Assembly: GCA_965225945.1 (NCBI GenBank)
Contig: CBDDBZ010000039.1
Coordinates: 448,001-512,000, forward strand
DNA from: Alphaproteobacteria bacterium
GTDB taxonomy: Bacteria > Pseudomonadota > Alphaproteobacteria > GCA-2731375
Direction: 5' to 3'
DNA: 64,000 nucleotides
Positions 55,368 through 64,000 of this stretch are shown here, piece after piece. The stretch's first letter is position 1; every line of letters begins with the position of its first letter. The notes under the pieces are model-generated. The model did not search any database and was not told the origin of the DNA. It worked only from the letters and a program-made list of their open reading frames with translations. A program made the translations under genes and the position numbers.

Positions 55368-56093
55368 CTAATCCTCCAGGCGTCGCCAACCGTCCGGGCT
55401 CAGGAACTCGACCGGGCGAAAGCGCGCCTTGTAGGCCATCTTCGGGCTCTCGGCGATCCAGTAGCCGAGATAGACATAAGGCAGGCCCTGCCGGCGCGCC
55501 TCCTCGATATGCCAGAGAATGATGTGCAGGCCCGGGCTCGGGAGCGGGCTGTCGGGATCGAAGAAGCTGTAGACGAGCGACAGGCCGTCGTGGAGCACGT
55601 CGGTCAGACAGACCGCGTGCAATTCGCCGCTCGGCCGGCGGAACTCGTAGAGCCGCGTCACCACCGGGCTGTCCTGCACCATGGCGCAGTATTCCTCGAA
55701 GCCCATCGCTACCATGCCGCCTTCGCCGTGGCGGGTCGCGACGTAGGCCTCGAAGAGCTCGAAATGCGCGCCCGCCGCGATCGGCGGCAGGCGCCGTGTC
55801 CGGATCGCCTTGTTGCCGTTCCAGATGCGACGCATCGATCGGCTCATCCGATAGGACGCGACCGGGATCCTGAGCGGCACGCAAGCATTGCAGGTCGGGC
55901 AGTTCGGCTTGTAGGCGATCGACTGGCTGCGGCGGAAGCCGGCCCGCGAGAGCTGGTCATTCAGGTGGCTCGGATCGCCGACCCCGCAGAGGTCGGTGAA
56001 CACCATCTGCTCGTCGCGATCCGGCAGATAGGGACACGCCGCCGGACGGGATACGTAGAAATAGGTCAGTGGTTCGGGCTTGAAATGCTTCAT
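55368..56093 (-). CDS. ate: Arginyl-tRNA-protein transferase family (Asp/Glu leucyltransferase Bpt)
   Basis: CPYLP, GFRRSQ-x-IAY-x-P-x-C-x-x-C-x-AC, GLSLVYSFFDP, YLGYWI, KMAYK. Confidence 0.94.
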   Translation of the reverse strand: MKHFKPEPLTYFYVSRPAACPYLPDRDEQMVFTDLCGVGDPSHLNDQLSRAGFRRSQSIAYKPNCPTCNACVPLRIPVASYRMSRSMRRIWNGNKAIRTRRLPPIAAGAHFELFEAYVATRHGEGGMVAMGFEEYCAMVQDSPVVTRLYEFRRPSGELHAVCLTDVLHDGLSLVYSFFDPDSPLPSPGLHIILWHIEEARRQGLPYVYLGYWIAESPKMAYKARFRPVEFLSPDGWRRLED

Positions 56094-56161
56094 TCTTGCC
56101 TTTGCCTCACGCCAGCCCGAGGATGATAGCGGATCGGGTCGCCGGTCGAAACGGGCTTATG

Positions 56162-56260
56162 ATACCAATCGACGTAAGTCCCGGCCGCCCCGCTCCCCCT
56201 CTCAACCAGCCGCGAGGGTACCATTCCTGGGTGGTTTGGCCAGGGGCGAGGGACGGGGGA
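56162..56260 (+). repeat. Intergenic repeat, copy C
   Basis: ATACCAATCGA...TAAGTCC...AACCAGC...GAGGGTACCATTCCTGGGTGGTTTGGCCAGGGG. Confidence 0.85.
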
Positions 56261-56329
56261 CCGGGGCGGCCGGGGAGTCGCCATTTATGGCGGTTGGCAT
56301 GATCGGTCTATCGCGGGAGGGCATGGGCG

Positions 56330-57556
56330 GTGCGGCCGAGCCTGGACGACGTTCTGAAGGCGGCGAAAATCATCGAGGGCCGCGTGGTGGCAACGCCGAC
56401 GCTGCTCTCCGGCGCCTTGTCCCAGGCCACCGGCGCCGAGATCCACCTGAAGCTCGAGAATCTGCAATACACCTCCTCCTTCAAGGAACGGGGCGCGCTG
56501 GTCAAGCTGGATAGCCTGACGGGGGAAGAGCGCGAGCGCGGCGTCATCACCGTCTCGGCCGGCAATCATGCCCAGGGCGTCGCCCATCACGCCCGCCGCC
56601 TCGCCGTTCCGGCGACCATCGTGATGCCGGAGGGCACGGCGAACATGAAGATTCGCCGGACCGAGACTCTCGGCGCCCGCGTCGTCCTCCACGGCGAGAG
56701 TGTCGAGGCGGCGGGCGCGCACGCCGAGCGACTGCGTGCCGAGGCGGGCCTGGTGTTCATCTCGCCCTACGACGACGAGAAGATCATCGCCGGCCAGGGC
56801 ACGGTGGCGCTGGAGCTGCTGCGCGACGCACCGGGACTCGACGTCGTCGTCGTGCCGATCGGCGGCGGCGGCCTGATTGCCGGGATCGCCGTCGCCGCCA
56901 AGGGCCTCCAGCCGGGAATCGAGATCATCGGCGTCGAAAGCGAACTCTACCCTTCGATGATCGAGGTGATCCGGGGCGGGCCGGCGGTCGTCGGCGGACA
57001 GACGCTGGCCGACGGCATCGCCGTCAAGGCGGCGGGGCGTTTGACGCGTCCCCTGATCGAGGCCTTGGTCGACGATCTCACTACCGTCTCGGAGACCGAT
57101 ATCGAGCGGGCGATCGCGCTGCTGCTGGACGAGGAGAAGCTCGTCGCGGAGGGCGCTGGCGCCGCCGCGCTCGCGGCCGTGCTGAATGAGCCGGAGCGGT
57201 TCCGGGGGCGGCGCGTCGGCGTGATCGTCAGCGGCGGCAACATCGATCTGCGCCTGCTGACCTCGCTTCTGACGCGAGCACTCTCGCGCGACGGCCGCGT
57301 CGTCCGACTCCGGGTCGAGATCGCCGATCGGCCGGGCGTGCTCGCCGCCGTCTCCGCCGTCGTCGCCGAGCGTCGCGCCAACATCCTGGAAGTGGCCCAC
57401 CGGCGCGGTTTCCTCGACGTGCCGGCACGCCACGCCGATCTCGACATCGTGCTGGAGACCCGGGACCGGGCGCACATCGAGGCGGTTCTGGGGGGCTTGG
57501 AAGAAGCGGGCTACCGGGCGCGGGTGCTGAGCGAAATGGACGCCGACGGGTCCTGA
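56330..57556 (+). CDS. ilvA: Threonine ammonia-lyase with a single C-terminal ACT domain
   Basis: KLENLQ-x-T-x-SFKERGA, SAGNHAQG, GGGG, SGGNID, DRPG. Confidence 0.92.
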   Translation: MRPSLDDVLKAAKIIEGRVVATPTLLSGALSQATGAEIHLKLENLQYTSSFKERGALVKLDSLTGEERERGVITVSAGNHAQGVAHHARRLAVPATIVMPEGTANMKIRRTETLGARVVLHGESVEAAGAHAERLRAEAGLVFISPYDDEKIIAGQGTVALELLRDAPGLDVVVVPIGGGGLIAGIAVAAKGLQPGIEIIGVESELYPSMIEVIRGGPAVVGGQTLADGIAVKAAGRLTRPLIEALVDDLTTVSETDIERAIALLLDEEKLVAEGAGAAALAAVLNEPERFRGRRVGVIVSGGNIDLRLLTSLLTRALSRDGRVVRLRVEIADRPGVLAAVSAVVAERRANILEVAHRRGFLDVPARHADLDIVLETRDRAHIEAVLGGLEEAGYRARVLSEMDADGS

Positions 57557-57587
57557 TCGGCGCCCGCCTCCTAGCCGATCGATCACC

Positions 57588-58073
57588 TCAATCCCCGGCG
57601 GCGACGCCTGCGTATCGACCCCGATGGTAGACCAGGGGCTCCACCCCTTCCGCGACGGTGATGTCGCCGACGCGGCCGATCAGAATCACGTGATCGCCAC
57701 CGTCGTGGCGCGCGTCGACCTGGCATTCGAAGCTGGCGACGGCGCCCGCGAGACGCGGCGGCCCGGCCTCGCTCCGCATCCGACGCACGTCCTCCAGCAC
57801 CGCGTTGCCGGGTTGCGCGAAGTGGTTCGACAAGTCTTCCTGATCCCGTGCCAGGATGTTCACGACAAAGCCGTCCATCGCCATGAAGTCATCGAAACGC
57901 GAGGCCGTGCGCGCCAGGCTAAAAAGCACGAGGGGCGGGTCCAGCGAGACGGAATTGAAGGAATTGACGGTCACCGCGATCGGCTCGTTCTCTCGCGAGA
58001 GCGTGGTGACCAGGGTGACGCCGGTGACGAATTCGCCAAGGGCGTCGCGGAAGATACGGGAATCGAGGCTCAT
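57588..58073 (-). CDS. Flavin reductase family protein
   Basis: FRDALGEFVTGVT, SFNSVSLDPPL, GGDH. Confidence 0.94.
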   Translation of the reverse strand: MSLDSRIFRDALGEFVTGVTLVTTLSRENEPIAVTVNSFNSVSLDPPLVLFSLARTASRFDDFMAMDGFVVNILARDQEDLSNHFAQPGNAVLEDVRRMRSEAGPPRLAGAVASFECQVDARHDGGDHVILIGRVGDITVAEGVEPLVYHRGRYAGVAAGD

Positions 58074-58277
58074 CGGGTCGAAGGGGGTTCCGTTCGGTGA
58101 GACGAAGGGCGGGGCCGAACTATAGCGCGATCGGCCCGCCGCTGCGCAAATTCGATCTCCCCGCGCCGTCGGCGATGCGTGGGAAACGCAAAATTAACCT
58201 CGTCCGACCAGACTCGGCTTCGCGCCCGGATTCGACGATCCGGCGCCTGTCGCGGTCGGGTTTGCACGGGTTCAGCA

Positions 58278-59135
58278 ATGTTTTTTCTCATCGGATTGGT
58301 GATCGTGATCGGCTCCATTCTGGGCGGCTACATGCCGCACGGCGATATACGGGTGCTGTGGCAACCGCTGGAGGTCCTGATCATCATGGGCGCCGCCATC
58401 GGTGGCTTCATCATCGCCAACCCGAAAACGGTCCTCCTCGGCACGGTGAAACAGATCACCCGTGTTCTCAAAGTCGCGCCGCACAAGAAGGACCACTATA
58501 TCGAGCTGCTGACGATGCTCTACGCGATCTTCAGGCTCGCCAACTCGAAGGGCGCGCTGGCGCTGGAGCCGCATATCGAGAATCCCGAGGAAAGCACCCT
58601 CTTCGCCCAGTACCCGGGTTTTGCCGGCAATCACCACGCGGTCGAATTCCTCTGCGACACGCTGCGTCTAATCACCATGGGCTCTGACAATCCGCACGAG
58701 CTGGAGGCGATGATGGACGAGGACATCGAGGTCTTGAAGCACGAATCGGAAAGCGTCGCCCACGCGATCACCACCATGGCCGACGGCTTACCAGCTTTCG
58801 GCATCGTCGCAGCCGTCCTGGGCGTCATCGTCACCATGGGCTCCATCAGCGAGCCGCCCGAAGTGCTGGGCGCCCTGATCGGTGGCGCCCTGGTCGGCAC
58901 CTTCCTCGGTGTGCTGATGGCCTATGGCATCGTCGGGCCGATGGGCCAATACCTCGAGAGCTACGCCGAGGCGGAGATCAAGTATTTCCATTGCCTGAAG
59001 GCGGCAATCCTGGCGCATGTGCAAGGCCATGCGCCGGCCATTTCGATCGAATACGCCCGCAAGGGCCTATTCGCCCACGAGCGCCCCAGCTTCTACGACG
59101 TCGAGGAAGCGGTGGCGAACGTGCAGGCCGCCTAG
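58278..59135 (+). CDS. motA: Flagellar motor stator MotA
   Basis: QPLE, ALEPHIENP, LPAFGIVAAVLG, ALVGTFLG. Confidence 0.95.
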   Translation: MFFLIGLVIVIGSILGGYMPHGDIRVLWQPLEVLIIMGAAIGGFIIANPKTVLLGTVKQITRVLKVAPHKKDHYIELLTMLYAIFRLANSKGALALEPHIENPEESTLFAQYPGFAGNHHAVEFLCDTLRLITMGSDNPHELEAMMDEDIEVLKHESESVAHAITTMADGLPAFGIVAAVLGVIVTMGSISEPPEVLGALIGGALVGTFLGVLMAYGIVGPMGQYLESYAEAEIKYFHCLKAAILAHVQGHAPAISIEYARKGLFAHERPSFYDVEEAVANVQAA

Positions 59136-59147
59136 GACCCCCCGACC

Positions 59148-60188
59148 ATGGCGGGCGCCAACGATGACGCCACGATCGTCATCAAGAAGGTCATCAAGGT
59201 CGCCGGCGGCCACCACGGCGGCGGCTGGAAGGTCGCCTATGCCGACTTCGTGACGGCGATGATGGCGTTCTTCCTGCTGCTCTGGCTGCTGAACGTCACC
59301 TCCAGCGAGCAGCGCCAGGGGATCGCCGACTATTTCGCGCCGAGCGCGGCCTCCATCGCCACCGAGAGCGGGTCGGGCGGCCTTCTCGCCGGCAAGTCGA
59401 TGGCCGAGGAGGGAGTCCAGGCGGACGCCATGGCCCCGCCCGTCGTCACCTTCGAGATCACCTCGCCCAAGGGCGCGCAGGACGAGGACAGCCGCAGCAC
59501 GAAACAGGCCGGCGATACGCCGCCCACCGATCTATCGCCGCCGGAACCCTCGTCCGAGCAGACGCCCGAGCAAACGGCCGAGCAGACGGCCGAGCAGACG
59601 CCCGAGCAAGCGCCCGAGCAGAGGTCCGAGGACGCCGCCCCGCGCCCGCCGACGGAGGCCGAGATCCAACGTCAACTGGCCGAGAACGAGCAGGCGATGT
59701 TCGAGGAGACCCAGCGGAACATCGATGTGGCCATCGCCGATCTGGAGGAGTCGGAAGCGATTCGCCAGAGCCTGATCATCGACAGCACGCCGGAAGGCCT
59801 CAGGATCCAGATCACCGATCGGGATGGCAAGTCGATGTTCCCGAGCGGCAGCGCCGCCATGCATGAACATATGGAGGCATTGATCGCCAAGATCGCCCGC
59901 GTCCTGGAGCGGACGCCAAATCCGATTTCGATCACCGGCCATACCGATTCCGTCCCCTACCGGGGCGACCGCGCCTACGGCAACTGGGAACTCTCCTCCG
60001 ATCGCGCCAACGCCTCGCGCCGGGCCTTGATCGAATATGGCGTGTCGGACGATCGGATCTCCTACGTCTCCGGCCGGGCGGCAACGGAACCGCTCATCGA
60101 AGCGGACCCCGCGCTCCCGGCCAATCGCCGGATCTCGATCGTGCTGTTGCGCAATAACCCAGTAAACATAGGCAGTTCGGCCCCCTAG
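59148..60188 (+). CDS. motB: Flagellar motor stator MotB
   Basis: HHGGGWKVAYADFVTAMMAFF, GHTD, NWELSSDRA, NRRI. Confidence 0.95.
   Translation: MAGANDDATIVIKKVIKVAGGHHGGGWKVAYADFVTAMMAFFLLLWLLNVTSSEQRQGIADYFAPSAASIATESGSGGLLAGKSMAEEGVQADAMAPPVVTFEITSPKGAQDEDSRSTKQAGDTPPTDLSPPEPSSEQTPEQTAEQTAEQTPEQAPEQRSEDAAPRPPTEAEIQRQLAENEQAMFEETQRNIDVAIADLEESEAIRQSLIIDSTPEGLRIQITDRDGKSMFPSGSAAMHEHMEALIAKIARVLERTPNPISITGHTDSVPYRGDRAYGNWELSSDRANASRRALIEYGVSDDRISYVSGRAATEPLIEADPALPANRRISIVLLRNNPVNIGSSAP
59554..59630 (+). repeat. In-frame 12-bp tandem repeat (about 6.4 units) in the motB linker
   Basis: CCGAGCAR(A/G)CG(C/G) units encoding EQTP/EQTA/EQTA/EQTP/EQAP/EQRS. Confidence 0.9.
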
Positions 60189-60984
60189 GCCGGACCATCC
60201 GGACCTCGCGCCGCAAATTCCGTTTAGAACCTGACGATCACGTCCCACATGTCGATGCATGAGGGAAATCCATGAACATCCGAAGGGCTGGCCCAAGGGC
60301 CGACTACGGATCGGTCGCGGCCCGATCTTCGCGGACGCCGTCGACCTCGAGGCCCCCGATGTGGCGGGCGAGAGCTTGTGGGCGCCGGCATGGTACACGA
60401 CGGCATTTACGTAGGACGTTGAAAAGGTTGTAGGATTCCCGATTCACTCCACGACGAGTCAAGAGGGAAATCATGCGAGACAACCCGATCAACGCCCTGC
60501 GTGAGACGCTACGATGCGGCTTCGCCTTTCGCAAGAGCCGTCTGGAGAGCCTTTGCGTCTTGGTCTTCGGCGTGTTCGTCGCCCGGACGGTGAACCTCTC
60601 TCACTTGGCCTGCCACTTTCCGGGGCGCGCGCGATCCAGCTCCAACTATCGGCGCCTGCAACGGTTTTTCGAGCAAGTCGATTTCGATTACGATCGCCTC
60701 GCCGAGTTCCTGGTCGCGATGATGGGGCTCCAGGCGGGGCCGTGGCGGCTGACCATGGACCGGACCAACTGGCGGCTGGGTCGCCGCGACGTCAACATCT
60801 TGATGATCGGCATCGTCAACCGCGCCATCGCCATTCCCGTGTGCTGGCGGGTGCTCGACAAGGCGGGCAATTCCAATACCAAGGAGCGGATCGCGATCCT
60901 CGAACACGTCCTCCGGCTCTTCGGGGTCGACAAGATCGCCAGCCTCCTGGCCGACCGGGAATTCATGGCTGGCATGGTTGCAAG

Positions 60985-61721
60985 CTTGCCTATCCGGCTA
61001 TATGTAGTGTGTCTCCTTGGACTGCAGGCAAGGGCCGGCGCAGGCGCATTGAGGAGGCGATCCGGCTAATTCTTGATTGTTCTGAAAACCGAACCGGAGT
61101 TTAATTCACGTCACGTACTTAACATCGGGGGACGGAACGGTGGCGACCAAGGGAAAAACGAAGAAACCCACGGCCAGACGGGAAGCTGCTGATGAAACGA
61201 CATCGTCTGAGCGATTGACGGCACTAGTCGAAGAAAGCGACGCGCTGGCACGAATCGTTGCGAAGAACCCGTCCGCGCCTGTTAGTCTCCTGCGCGTTTT
61301 GAGTCGCAGCGAAGACGAAGCGACACGCAAGAACGTGATCCTCAATCCGTTTATTTCATATGACGTATTGAGCGAACTTGAAAACCAGCTCACAGAGCTA
61401 TTTGTGAATAATCCGGCACTCGAATCCTACAATTCAATGAAGCTCTGATTTCCTGGAATATTCCATCGGTGTCGTTCACCTCCATTTCAGATAAATTTCA
61501 ATGAAGTGACGGTCCTTTATGCAACGTGGCGTTTTGCCAAATCCGACTCAATGATTAGGATTTCCACCACGCTAAAGTGTCGCCTAAAAGGGCTACAATG
61601 CCGTCCGAGTCCCTGCTCGGCATCGCCGGAGATATCTCCGCTTCGACCTGCACCGAGCTTTACTCAGGAAAATGGGTGCACACTACATATAGTGGGTGTG
61701 GGTGATAACCGGATAGGCAAG
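60985..61721. mobile_element. 737-bp non-autonomous cassette with a passenger ORF
   Basis: Perfect 13-bp TIR CTTGCCTATCCGG, subterminal inverted CTATATGTAGTGTG, 8-bp direct repeat GTTGCAAG/GTTGCAGG, no transposase. Confidence 0.85.
61140..61448 (+). CDS. HEAT/leucine-rich-repeat-variant-like small protein (possibly truncated)
   Basis: Repeated VA-x-NP-x-x-P...L units (VAKNPSAP, VILNP, VNNPAL); AT-richer than the host. Confidence 0.6.
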   Translation: MATKGKTKKPTARREAADETTSSERLTALVEESDALARIVAKNPSAPVSLLRVLSRSEDEATRKNVILNPFISYDVLSELENQLTELFVNNPALESYNSMKL

Positions 61722-62753
61722 GTTGCAGGAAAAGGCCATCCCCTTTCACATCCGCATCCGATCCAACATCAAGATCGCCAACACGCGTGGTCGCATGGTC
61801 AAGGCGAGGGAGCTGTTTCGCGACCTCAAACCCGGGGAAAGCCGCATCCTCTCCAACGCCAGGCGCCTCTCGGAGGCCAGAAAACCCAAGGCCAGGCCCG
61901 TCTTCGTCGCCGCGCTCCATCTCAAGACCGGCGAACTGTTGATCGTCGTGACCAACGACGCGCCCGAGGAGGCCTTGGCCATCTACGCCCAGCGCTGGCA
62001 AATCGAGACCCTCTTCGCCGCCTTGAAAACCCGTGGCTTCAACCTCGAAGACACCCACATGACCGACCCGGAGCGCATCTCCAAGCTCACCGCCGTCCTT
62101 TCCATCACCTTCTGCTGGGCGCACAAAGTCGGCGATTGGCTCCACGAGGCCGAGCCGATCCGCCTCAAAACCCACAAAAGGATGGCAAAATCCATCTTCC
62201 GATACGGTTTCGAGTGGATAAGGCGACAGCTCGTCAATCCTATCGACAGGCGTCAAGCCATTGAGCTGATTCGTTTCCTCGTCCCCGGAAAACCACCAGT
62301 CCAGGTGCCCAGGCCAAAGCCAGCATGAACGAGTCGTGTACTGTGGGGCGCCGGTCTATTTCGAGGGCATCCGGAGCAAGCGGATCCTCGCCTATTTGAT
62401 CGACCTCTGCCTGGTGCTGGCGCTGAGCGGCGCCTGGTGGATCATCGGCTCGGTGCTGTCGGTCTTCACCCTCTTCGCCTTCTGGCCCCTGGTCGCCGTC
62501 GGCGCGGTACTGCTGCCGCTGGCCTATCACACTTATTTCGTCGGCGCGCCCGGCAACGCGACGCCCGGGATGCGGGTGATGGGGGTCCGGGTGATGGCCT
62601 GGACCGGCAACGAGGTGAGCTATCCGCAGGCCCTGGTACAGACGCTACTGTTCTACGCCACGGTAGCGTTCACCAACGGCCTCATCCTTCTGGTCTCCTT
62701 CTGCAACGATCGGGGTCGCTGCCTGCACGACCTGCTGTGCGGCACCGTCGTCG

Positions 62754-64000
62754 TCAACGTGACCGATCGCCCGGTCCTGCACGACGGGCGGGCGTAGGAA
62801 ACCCGGTCAGCGCGCCCCCGCGGGGCTCCAGAACCAGCCGTTCCGACGGCGCCGCCTCGAAGCGGGCGCGTGCCGTCGGCACCTCGACATATTCTCCCCG
62901 CGACCAGGCCTCGGCCATGTTCCGATAGCGCGACGAGAGCGGATGGCCCGACTGTCCCGTCGGCAGGATGAAGCGTGAGTTGTCCAGGTCCGAGAGATCA
63001 TAGATGGCGCGAAAACTGGGCCCGTGCCGTGAGGGGAAGAGCGTCTCGTCGCCGCCGAAGGCATGGGGCAGCGCATTGATCGTGTAGCCGTCGCCCCCGG
63101 CGCCGACCGAGAGGTCGAACAAGCGGCCGAGAATCGGTACAGCCGAGAACGGACGGTGCGCATGTCTCGCGACATGTGCCTTGCCCCAGCGCCATTTCCG
63201 CAGGTCGATGCCGTGGCGGCGGACGAGGCTCGCCCGCGCGCGATCGAAGGCGAGACGGGCGATTGCCTCGCAGTCCTCTTTCGGGTTCGTCGTCACGTCG
63301 TCGCACCACCCGGCCTTGTCGCCCTTCAGCACCGACAGCATGAAGCGGGATCTTCCGCCCCACAGGCGCGGGAACAGCGGGCCCAACTCGTCGCCGTAGA
63401 CCAGCCGCGTCAGCTCCCGGTACCAGGCGGCGAAGATCAGTGGCGCCGGCCGCTCGGCCGCCATCCGCCCGTCCCAATCCTCCAACAGCTTGGTTGCTTG
63501 CCCATCCTCGGCGGCGGCGCGGCGGAGCAGGCCCAGCAGCTCCCGGGCCAGCGGCGACAGCACGTCCGATTGCATGGCCGCCACATCGTCGATGCCGAGA
63601 CGCGGCGTGGCCGACAGCAGCTCGGCGATCCGCCGGGCGCGCAGACCGCTTCCCCACTCATGCGTCAGGTGGTGGGGATAGTCGTCCTCGAGCACCTTGT
63701 GGTTGGCGTTGACGAGCGTCTGCGAGGGGGGATTGAGCTTGCGTGGCAAGGCCTCGAAAGGCAGGTATCCGAGCCAGTCGTACTTGGCCTCCCAGCCCGG
63801 TTGCGGCAATACCCCCTCGATCTCGTTGTCGCGACCCCGCAGCGGTGTCCGACCGGGGGTCAGGAAGCCGATGTCGCCGTCGACGTCGGCATAGAGAAAG
63901 CTCTGCTGCGGGGCGTGGTAGTCGGACAAGGTGGCGTTGAACGAACGCCAGTCCGTCGCCGTCGCCAGCCCGAACGAGGCCTTCATCGTCAGGTCGCGGG
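62754..64000 (-). CDS. Penicillin acylase family protein (5' part outside window)
   Basis: YADVDGDIG, NP...NANH, WDG-x-M, WRWG-x-x-H, GPSFRAIYDL, GQSGHP. Confidence 0.92.
   Translation of the reverse strand, partial: RDLTMKASFGLATATDWRSFNATLSDYHAPQQSFLYADVDGDIGFLTPGRTPLRGRDNEIEGVLPQPGWEAKYDWLGYLPFEALPRKLNPPSQTLVNANHKVLEDDYPHHLTHEWGSGLRARRIAELLSATPRLGIDDVAAMQSDVLSPLARELLGLLRRAAAEDGQATKLLEDWDGRMAAERPAPLIFAAWYRELTRLVYGDELGPLFPRLWGGRSRFMLSVLKGDKAGWCDDVTTNPKEDCEAIARLAFDRARASLVRRHGIDLRKWRWGKAHVARHAHRPFSAVPILGRLFDLSVGAGGDGYTINALPHAFGGDETLFPSRHGPSFRAIYDLSDLDNSRFILPTGQSGHPLSSRYRNMAEAWSRGEYVEVPTARARFEAAPSERLVLEPRGGALTGFPTPARRAGPGDRSR

Larger units (their letters stand above)
60389..62343 (+). mobile_element. 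IS4-family element, interrupted
   Basis: Ends CA(TG)GTACACGAC / GTCGTGTACTG; about 10-bp direct repeat TGGGCGCCGG (extra G on the right); transposase halves 60473-60984 (MDRTNW, ADREF) and 61722-62328 (YAQRWQIETLF...K, the YREK motif). Confidence 0.88.
60259..62797 (+). pseudogene. RDD-family membrane protein split by the IS4 element
   Basis: 5' part ...GESLWAP (to 60388) joins VYFEGIRSKRILAYLID...ATPGMR...LHD (from 62354); start uncertain. Confidence 0.8.

Noticed and set aside
58185-58205. CtrA box upstream of motA
   Set aside because: Only a single TTAACC half-site; insufficient support

Overview
GC-rich alphaproteobacterial chromosome segment, assigned from gene order. The housekeeping backbone is fba-thiE; parC-recO-era-rnc-lepB-acpS-pdxJ-DUF2062-spoT-rpoZ-folK / NYN-udg; smpB-dapA / slt; ate, ilvA, motAB, RDD and a penicillin acylase. 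Accessory content includes a GldA/GldF/GldG/DUF4340-type ABC system and a large redox/catabolic block (amidase, SDR, Baeyer-Villiger monooxygenase, CitE/MaoC/RidA, four luciferase-like enzymes, a Ddn-type deazaflavin reductase, a thiolase/OB-fold pair). The window is heavily eroded by mobile DNA: two single-ORF IS66 copies, two IS630, one IS1595, one IS4, an orphan IS21 end, a 151-bp MITE and a 737-bp transposase-free cassette. That cassette carries a HEAT/LRV-like ORF and NrdR-box-like motifs, and is nested inside the IS4, which itself splits an RDD gene. A decaying surface-polysaccharide island (about 47.8-55.3 kb) is bracketed by copies of a three-member palindromic repeat family. Several interrupted or fused genes can be rebuilt by hand (two methyltransferases, rmlC/rmlB, tauD, rhodanese, RDD). 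The slt gene has two adjacent in-frame TAG codons. I saw no rRNA, tRNA or CRISPR array. Family calls are from motif recognition, not database searches.
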